Source: Histomonas meleagridis 2922-C6/04-290x (taxonomy: Eukaryota; Protista; Parabasalia). Taken from it: DNA of 64,000 nucleotides. Position numbers and translations under genes: made by a program. Below are positions 55,559 to 64,000 of this stretch, one piece after another. The stretch's first letter is position 1. The number at the start of each line of letters is the position of its first letter. The notes beneath the pieces were generated by a model, which made no database searches, was not told the DNA's origin, and was given only the letters and a program-made list of their open reading frames with translations. The DNA lies in assembly GCA_020184695.1 (NCBI GenBank), contig JAANOX010000269.1:250022-314021 (forward strand), given 5' to 3'.

Positions 55559-56731
55559 TCATAGTAAAGAGTCAAAATCAATATCATCACTAAATTGTGA
55601 TGTTGGACCAGAAAGTTTAAATCTATTTTGAGGTTTCTTATCAGAGAACTGTTCTTCAAATTGATTCATATTCTTCAATATATTTTCCTTATAAGAAATT
55701 GCTTTTAATGGTTTTTCTTTGGCATTTAACCCTTTCTTATTTTTATGATTATTTGAGGGTGATGTCATGATCTGATTAAGTAATGTTTCAAGCGATGGCT
55801 CTTTTGAATTTTCTAATTGAGTATTCAAGTCCGATTCATTATTTATTGTGGTAGATGTGACTGGTGGTGGATCTGGTTCTACTTGGAAAAATGGATGTTG
55901 TAATGCTTGAGAAGCACTTGGCCTCTTTGAGGGGTCATACTGAAGTAACTGCTGAAGGAGATTTATTGCATTTTTTGATGCGTTTGGAATTATAGTTGCT
56001 AAATTAACAGATGGAGTGGGGTTAAATCTAACACCATGTTTATTTGCGAGTCGAATGCCATCAGGCCAATTTTTGGAATTTGGAGATCCTAAAATAGCAA
56101 TCGTTTTGTATAATTGATCTTGTTCTGAGATTCCAGGAAATAATGGTTTTCCTGTATATAGCTCAGCCATAATTACTCCAGCTGCCCAAATATCAACAGG
56201 AGAGTTGTAATTGGGCGATTTTAGTATGATCTCAGGTGCTCGATACCATCTTGTCGAAACATATTCCGTATATGGTGGCATGCTACGAATTTCACGTGCA
56301 AGCCCAAAGTCAGCAATTTTTAATTTATCGCCTTTCCAGAGAAGATTGTCAGGTTTAATGTCACGATGAAAGAATCCTTGCCGATGGATATAAGCAAGCC
56401 CAGAGAAAATTTGTTTCATAATTGACTTAACTTCAGGTTCTGTATAACTTCCCTTTTCATTAATAGTGCGAAGTAATGATTTTTCTCCTAATTCAAAGAC
56501 TAAATATAAATAACCATTTTCTCTGAAAACTTGAAGAAGTCGAATAACATTTTCATGTTTCATTCGACGTAAGCTTTTGACTTCTTTTAATTGAAGACAT
56601 TCTTCAAAAGAAGAATATTTTTGTTTCATCTTCTTAATTGCAACTAATTCACCTGTTTGCTTATCTCGACATTTGGTGACAATGCCAAAAGCACCATCAC
56701 CTATTGTTTCTATTTCCTCAAAACGATTCAT
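55559..56731 (-). CDS. CMGC Ser/Thr kinase, MAK/ICK/Ime2-like
   Basis: GDGAFG, VAIKKMK, FFHRDIKPDNLL, DFGLARE and TEYVSTRWYRAPE. Confidence 0.92.
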   Translation of the reverse strand: MNRFEEIETIGDGAFGIVTKCRDKQTGELVAIKKMKQKYSSFEECLQLKEVKSLRRMKHENVIRLLQVFRENGYLYLVFELGEKSLLRTINEKGSYTEPEVKSIMKQIFSGLAYIHRQGFFHRDIKPDNLLWKGDKLKIADFGLAREIRSMPPYTEYVSTRWYRAPEIILKSPNYNSPVDIWAAGVIMAELYTGKPLFPGISEQDQLYKTIAILGSPNSKNWPDGIRLANKHGVRFNPTPSVNLATIIPNASKNAINLLQQLLQYDPSKRPSASQALQHPFFQVEPDPPPVTSTTINNESDLNTQLENSKEPSLETLLNQIMTSPSNNHKNKKGLNAKEKPLKAISYKENILKNMNQFEEQFSDKKPQNRFKLSGPTSQFSDDIDFDSLL

Positions 56732-56897
56732 TTTTTTGTTTGTGCAAAATAACGTTTTTTTTTCAATCGGTGTCTGTTTATTTCAAAAGTGCACGATAGA
56801 AGCAGTTTTTGTCTGAACATTTCTGGCAATTCTCTTCTTATGCCAGGGTGCCCCATAACACTTTCTGATGTTTTGAAAATACTGACACTTTTTTCGA

Positions 56898-57614
56898 ATG
56901 GCAAGTGATTTGCTTTTTTATGCAAATGTTCAACATGATATTTCTCGTTATGAAGAATCACTCTCTTACCTTAAAGAATTCATTTCACAAAAGTCAAATC
57001 TTAATAAAAAGGAAAGGGCAATTTTCGGTTTAATATATAAAGATGCAATAGACCAAACTAGAAATACACTTCGTATACTTTCAGATGATCTTGGAAACAA
57101 AGGAGCACCTGAACAAATGGCAGTTGTTCAACGTTATTTTGATAAATCTTTAAATGAATTAAATATTCAATGTAATGAGGCACTCTCAATTATAAATGAT
57201 ACACTCTTACCAAGCTCTGATGATTTGGTAGCAAAAGCGTTTTATTATAAGATGGCTGGGGATCTTTACAGATACATGTATGAATTTTCCCAAACAAAAG
57301 AAAGTTCTTATCTTCAATCTGCTGAAACTGAATACAATAAAGCCATTGAGATATCATCAGCAAACTTACCATTCTCTCATCCGGTTCGTCTTGGATCAAT
57401 TCTTAATTACTCAGTTTTTCTATATGAACATTGTCATAATCGCGAAAAAGCAATCGAATTAGTGAAAACAGCGCTCTCTGATGTTGAAAAGGATACTACA
57501 ACCTTAAGTAAGGGAACACAACTCGAAACAATAGATGTGATTAATGTTATGCAAAAAAATCTTGAGTACTGGGATATGTCATTGCAATCAAGTGATGAGG
57601 GTGATGATGAATAA
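56898..57614 (+). CDS. Divergent 14-3-3 protein
   Basis: RYEE, FYYKMAGDLYRY, HPVRLGSILNYSVFLYE and VMQKNLEYW. Confidence 0.88.
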   Translation: MASDLLFYANVQHDISRYEESLSYLKEFISQKSNLNKKERAIFGLIYKDAIDQTRNTLRILSDDLGNKGAPEQMAVVQRYFDKSLNELNIQCNEALSIINDTLLPSSDDLVAKAFYYKMAGDLYRYMYEFSQTKESSYLQSAETEYNKAIEISSANLPFSHPVRLGSILNYSVFLYEHCHNREKAIELVKTALSDVEKDTTTLSKGTQLETIDVINVMQKNLEYWDMSLQSSDEGDDE

Positions 57615-57835
57615 ATTCATTTTGAAACATCAAATGAGATATACAAATTGTGAAAAATAAAAAAACAATGATATTTTAAATTTATATTATTTTTTATGAT
57701 TATAAGCAAAGAAAATAGATATTGTTAGCATATGAAAAGAAAATAGTAACCCTGAAGGATAAAACCATTTTAAGAAATCAAATTCCTTTTTACTTTGCCA
57801 ATGCAACAATTTTTAAACGTTCGATTGTGGCAAAA

Positions 57836-59539
57836 ATGAGTTGGGGAGGTTCTGATCCACTATCTTCTGGAACAAATTTTTTGGGAGGTTCTGACCCATC
57901 ATCTTCTGGGACAAATATTTGGGGAGGTTCTGACCTATCATCTTCTGGGACAAATATTTGGGGAGGTTTTGACCCATCATCTTCTGGAACAAATACTTGG
58001 GGAGTACCCCCTGAACCAAAACAATGGTTGGATGAGCGGGGGAATTTCCCTACAAATAGTTGGCAAAATACTAATCAATCAAATAAATCTAAAAATTCCA
58101 CCTCAATTGGATCACAGAATAATACCCCTAAATCGGGATGGGGAAGTTCATCTAAAAAAGATAACAAAGTAAATGAAACAAATGCAAAAGATAACAAAGT
58201 AACTGAAACAAATACAAAAGATAACAAAGTAACTGAAACAAACACAAAAGACAACAAAGTAACTGAAACAAATACAAAAGATAACAAAGTAAATGAAACA
58301 AATACAAAAAACAACAAAGTAAATGAAACAGTAACAGATAACAAAGTAAATGAAACAAATACAAAAAACAACAAAGTAAATGAAACAGTAACAGATAACA
58401 AAGTAACTGAAACAAATACAAAAAATAACAAAGTAAATGAAACAGTAACAGATAACAAAGTAACTGAAACAAATACAAAAAATAACAAAGTAAATGAAAC
58501 AGTAACAGATAACAAAGTAACTGAAACAAACACAAAAGATAACAAAGTAACTGAAACAAACACAAAAGATAACAAAGTAACTGAAACAAATACAAAAAAC
58601 AACAAAGTAAATGAAACAGTAACAGATAACAAAGTAACTGAAACAAATACAAAAAACAACAAAGTAAATGAAACAGTAACAGATAACAAAGTAACTGAAA
58701 CAAACACAAAAGATAACAAAGTAACTGAAACAAACACAAAAGATAACAAAGTAACTGAAACAAATACAAAAAACAACAAAGTAAATGAAACAGTAACAGA
58801 TAACAAAGTAACTGAAACAAATACAAAAAACAACAAAGTAAATGAAACAAACGCAAAAAACAACAAAGTAACTGAAACAAATACAAAAGACAACAAAGTA
58901 ACTGAAACAAATACAAAAGACAACAAAGTAAATGAAACAAATACAAAAAACAACAAAGTAAATGAAACAAATACAAAAAACAACAAAGTAAATGAAACAA
59001 ATACAAAAGACAACAAAGTAACTGAAACAAATACAAAAAACAACAAAGTAAATGAAACAAATACAAAAAACAACAAAGTAAATGAAACAAATACAAAAGA
59101 CAACAAAGTAACTGAAACAAATACAAAAAACAACAAAGTAAATGAAACAAATACAAAAGACAACAAAGTAAATGAAACAAATACAAAAAACAACAAAGTA
59201 AATGAAACAAATACAAAAGACAACAAAGTAACTGAAACAAACACAAAAGATAACAAAGTAACTGAAACAAATACAAAAGATAACAAAGTAACTGAAACAA
59301 TATTAAATAAGGAAAACATACCTATTACAAAGAGTGAACAAAAATTGTCCATTCATAAAACAAAAAAGAAGCCCATTGTTGTACACACATATGGATTACC
59401 CTCACAGTTTTGTATATCATATTGTTATACAATGAAGGCATGCAATAAACACATGACAACAGAACAAATTGAGCAAGCTGTCCATAAAGCAGCTCAAACA
59501 CTTCAACCTTGGATGAAGTCCGGATGTATAAATAAATAA
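57836..59539 (+). CDS. Low-complexity repeat protein: WGGSD repeats plus a long DNKVTETNTK array
   Basis: ATG 57836. About four 13-aa WGGSDPSSSGTNI repeats, about 1.1 kb of 9/10-aa repeats, then a unique C-terminus. Confidence 0.65.
   Translation: MSWGGSDPLSSGTNFLGGSDPSSSGTNIWGGSDLSSSGTNIWGGFDPSSSGTNTWGVPPEPKQWLDERGNFPTNSWQNTNQSNKSKNSTSIGSQNNTPKSGWGSSSKKDNKVNETNAKDNKVTETNTKDNKVTETNTKDNKVTETNTKDNKVNETNTKNNKVNETVTDNKVNETNTKNNKVNETVTDNKVTETNTKNNKVNETVTDNKVTETNTKNNKVNETVTDNKVTETNTKDNKVTETNTKDNKVTETNTKNNKVNETVTDNKVTETNTKNNKVNETVTDNKVTETNTKDNKVTETNTKDNKVTETNTKNNKVNETVTDNKVTETNTKNNKVNETNAKNNKVTETNTKDNKVTETNTKDNKVNETNTKNNKVNETNTKNNKVNETNTKDNKVTETNTKNNKVNETNTKNNKVNETNTKDNKVTETNTKNNKVNETNTKDNKVNETNTKNNKVNETNTKDNKVTETNTKDNKVTETNTKDNKVTETILNKENIPITKSEQKLSIHKTKKKPIVVHTYGLPSQFCISYCYTMKACNKHMTTEQIEQAVHKAAQTLQPWMKSGCINK
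58159..59300 (+). repeat. 30/27-nt coding minisatellite (D/N-NKV-T/N-ETNTK and NNKVNETVT)
   Basis: Repeated aacaaagtaa(a/c)tgaaacaaatacaaaa units with higher-order 57-nt pairs. Confidence 0.92.
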
Positions 59540-59910
59540 ATATTTTTTTTTTTTTTTATATAGTGTTCAAGTCATGACCCCCTCCTATTTCACTCAATAA
59601 AAGAAATAATATTTCGATTTTTATTTAATTAGTATAGTGTTTCTTACTGTGCTCAAATGATATGTTTAAATATTGTAATTATTTTTTAAAGTCATTTTGA
59701 AGCTTTAGGAAACTTATTGGTTTTTGACTGATTAAAATTCATGTATATTTTTTTCTCATATCTTCTTAATATTTTTTAATTATTCCAAATGATTGAAAAT
59801 TACATGAGATGAGGTTAGATGATTAATGTGAGTTTGATGCTTATTCGCATTTTAAAATTTTCATTTTATTGGTTAGAATATAACCTTTGTGAACCATTCA
59901 CCCATTTTGT

Positions 59911-62900
59911 CCCCACACCAACCACACACGTACCACCCACCCACACACGTACCACCCACCCACACACGTACCACCCCCACACACACACGTACCACACACA
60001 CAAGTACCACACACACAAGTACCACACACACACAAGTACCACACACACAAGTACCACACACACAAGTACCACACACACAAGTACCACACACACAAGTACC
60101 ACACACACAAGTACCACACACACAAGTACCACACACACAAGTACCACACACACAAGTACCACACACACAAGTACCACACACACAAGTACCACACACACAA
60201 GTACCACACACACAAGTACCACACACACAAGTACCACACACACAAGTACCACACACACAAGTACCACACACACAAGTACCACACACACAAGTACCACACA
60301 CACAAGTACCACACACACACAAGTACCACACACACAAGTACCACACACACAAGTACCACACACACAAGTACCACACACACAAGTACCACACACACAAGTA
60401 CCACACACACAAGTACCACACACACAAGTACCACACACACAAGTACCACACACACACAAGTACCACACACACAAGTACCACACACACAAGTACCACACAC
60501 ACAAGTACCACACACACAAGTACCACACACACAAGTACCACACACACAAGTACCACACACACAAGTACCACACACACAAGTACCACACACACAAGTACCA
60601 CACACACAAGTACCACACACACAAGTACCACACACACAAGTACCACACACACAAGTACCACACACACAAGTACCACACACACAAGTACCACACACACAAG
60701 TACCACACACACAAGTAACCACACACACAAGTACCACACACACAAGTACCACACACACACAAGTACCACACACACAAGTACCACACACACAAGTACCACA
60801 CACACAAGTACCACACACACAAGTACCACACACACAAGTACCACACACACAAGTACCACACACACAAGTACCACACACACAAGTACCACACACACAAGTA
60901 CCACACACACAAGTACCACACACACAAGTACCACACACACAAGTACCACACACACAAGTACCACACACACAAGTACCACACACACAAGTACCACACACAC
61001 AAGTACCACACACACAAGTACCACACACACAAGTACCACACACACAAGTACCACACACACAAGTACCACACACACAAGTACCACACACACACAAGTACCA
61101 CACACACAAGTACCACACACACAAGTACCACACACACAAGTACCACACACACAAGTACCACACACACAAGTACCACACACACAAGTACCACACACACAAG
61201 TACCACACACACAAGTACCCCACACACACAAGTACCACACACACAAGTACCACACACACAAGTACCACACACACAAGTACCACACACACAAGTACCACAC
61301 ACACAAGTACCACACACACAAGTACCACACACACAAGTACCACACACACAACACACAAGTACCACACACACAAGTACCACACACACAAGTACCACACACA
61401 CAAGTACCACACACACAAGTACCACACACACAAGTACCACACACACAAGTACCACACACACAAGTACCACACACACAAGTACCACACACACAAGTACCAC
61501 ACACACAAGTACCACACACACAAGTACCACACACACAAGTACCACACACACAAGTACCACACACACACAAGTACCACACACACAAGTACCACACACACAA
61601 GTACCACACACACACAAGTACCACACACACACAAGTACCACACACACAAGTACCACACACACAAGTACCACACACACAAGTACCACACACACAAGTACCA
61701 CACACACAAGTACCACACACACACACGCCCCACACACACAAGTACCACACACACAAGTACCACACACACAAGTACCACACACACAAGTACCACACACACA
61801 AGTACCACACACACAAGTACCACACACACAAGTACCACACACACACAAGTACCACACACACACAAGTACCACACACACAAGTACACACAGTACCACACAC
61901 ACAAGTACCACACACACAAGTACCACACACACAAGTACCACACACACAAGTACCACACACACAAGTACCACACACACAAGTACCACACACACAAGTACCA
62001 CACACACAAGTACCACACACACAAGTACCACACACACAAGTACCACACACACAAGTACCACACACACAAGTACCACACACACAAGTACCACACACACAAG
62101 TACCACACACACAAGTACCACACACACAAGTACCACACACACAAGTACCACACACACAAGTACCACACACACAAGTACCACACACACAAGTACCACACAC
62201 ACAAGTACCACACACACAAGTACCACACACACAAGTACCACACACACAAGTACCACACACACAAGTACCACACACACAAGTACCACACACACAAGTACCA
62301 CACACACAAGACCCACACACACAAGTACCACACACACAAGTACCACACACACAAGTACCACACACACAAGTACCACACACACAAGTACCACACACACAAG
62401 TACCACACACACAAGTACCACACACACAAGTACCACACACACAAGTACCACACACACAAGTACCACACACACAAGTACCACACACACAAGTACCACACAC
62501 ACAAGTACCACACACACAAGTACCACACACACAAGTACCACACACACAAGTACCACACACACAAGTACCACACACACAAGTACCACACACACAAGTACCA
62601 CACACACAAGTACCACACACACAAGTACCACACACACAAGTACCACACACACAAGTACCACACACACACAAGTACCACACACACAAGTACCACACACACA
62701 AGTACCACACACACAAGTACCACACACACAAGTACCACACACACAAGTACCACACACACAAGTACCACACACACAAGTACCACACACACACAAGTACCAC
62801 ACACACAAGTACCACACACACAAGTACCACACACACAAGTACCACACACACAAGTACCACACACACAAGTACCACACACACAAGTACCACACACACAAGT

Positions 62901-64000
62901 ACCACACACACAAGTACCACACACACAAGTACCACACACACAAGTACCACACACACAAGTACCACACACACAAGTACCACACACACAAGTACCACACACA
63001 CACAAGTACCACACACACACAAGTACCACACACACAAGTACCACACACACAAGTACCACACACACAAGTACCACACACACAAGTACCACACACACAAGTA
63101 CCACACACACAAGTACCACACACACAAGTACCACACACACAAGTACCACACACACAAGTACCACACACACAAGTACCACACACACAAGTACCACACACAC
63201 AAGTACCACACACACAAGTAACCCCACACACACACAAGTACCACACACACAAGTACCACACACACAAGTACCACACACACAAGTACCACACACACAAGTA
63301 CCACACACACAAGTACCACACACACAAGTACCACACACACAAGTAAGTACCACACACACAAGTACCACACACACACAAGTACCACACACACAAGTACCAC
63401 ACACACAAGTACCACACACACAAGTACCACACACACAAGTACCACACACACAAGTACCACACACACAAGTACCACACACACAAGTACCACACACACAAGT
63501 ACCACACACACAAGTACCACACACACAAGTACCACACACACAAGTACCACACACACAAGTACCACACACACAAGTACCACACACACACAAGTACCACACA
63601 CACAAGTACCACACACACAAGTACCACACACACAAGTACCACACACACAAGTACCACACACACAAGTACCACACACACAAGTACCACACACACAAGTACC
63701 ACACACACAAGTACCACACACACAAGTACCACACACAACACACACACAAGTACCACACACACAAGTACCACACACACAAGTACCACACACACAAGTACCA
63801 CACACACAAGTACCACACACACAAGTACCACACACACAAGTACCACACACACACAAGTACCACACACACAAGTACCACACACACAAGTACCACACACACA
63901 AGTACCACACACACAAGTACCACACACACACAAGTACCACACACACAAGTACCACACACACAAGTACCACACACACAAGTACCACACACACAAGTACCAC
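59911..64000. repeat. 15-bp tandem satellite (CAAGTACCACACACA)n, >4 kb, running to the window edge, with a degenerate proximal junction
   Basis: Near-homogeneous array from about 59991, with occasional +/-CA variants. 59911-59990 holds variant CACACACGTACCACCC units. Confidence 0.97.

Noticed and set aside
58075-59352. Antisense hydrophobic ORFs (VSVTLLSFVF / LFQLLCCLL repeats)
   Set aside because: They are shadows of the + strand coding minisatellite, whose reverse complement happens to lack stops.
1-59900. tRNA, rRNA or snRNA genes
   Set aside because: No cloverleaf, rRNA or U-snRNA signature was recognised by eye. A covariance-model scan was not possible, so absence is not proven.
59819-64000. 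Very long ORFs in several frames (HKYHT/QVPHT/CVVLV/CGTCV repeats)
   Set aside because: These are artefacts of a stop-free 15-bp satellite; the frames interconvert at +/-CA variants.
59911-64000. CRISPR array
   Set aside because: There are no unique spacers and no cas genes, and the context is eukaryotic.

Overview
AT-rich, gene-dense, essentially intronless eukaryotic DNA. The gene content (BspA-like LRR, DUF3447-ankyrin, PAS adenylate cyclase, several Rabs, GH20 hexosaminidase, TCAY initiators) points to a parabasalid (Trichomonas/Tritrichomonas-like); this is an inference. About 30 genes and several pseudogene fragments run from 1 to 59.5 kb. They are followed by a >4 kb 15-bp satellite, (CAAGTACCACACACA)n, that reaches the window edge. 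The most striking observation concerns two ankyrin-repeat loci (7.5-8.1 kb and 26.7-27.0 kb). In each complete repeat, the beta-hairpin codons between 'K-D/N/Y' and 'T-A-L' are separated one codon at a time by AT-rich 17-nt spacers without GT-AG ends. Removing the spacers at 7.5-8.1 kb restores textbook ankyrin loops (KDNHGITAL, KYFGDTAL, KDNFGFTVL, KDNFGNTAL) and repairs a frameshift. This suggests ultra-short non-canonical introns with 3-nt micro-exons, or another recoding mechanism. Other leads are a single in-frame TGA splitting a UBR E3 ligase, a ~105-bp TA-flanked MITE, an unannotated 34-aa TM microprotein, divergent Beclin-like and ORC6-like genes, and a satellite with inverted telomere-like polarity. 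All family assignments were made by eye from motifs; no database searches were run.
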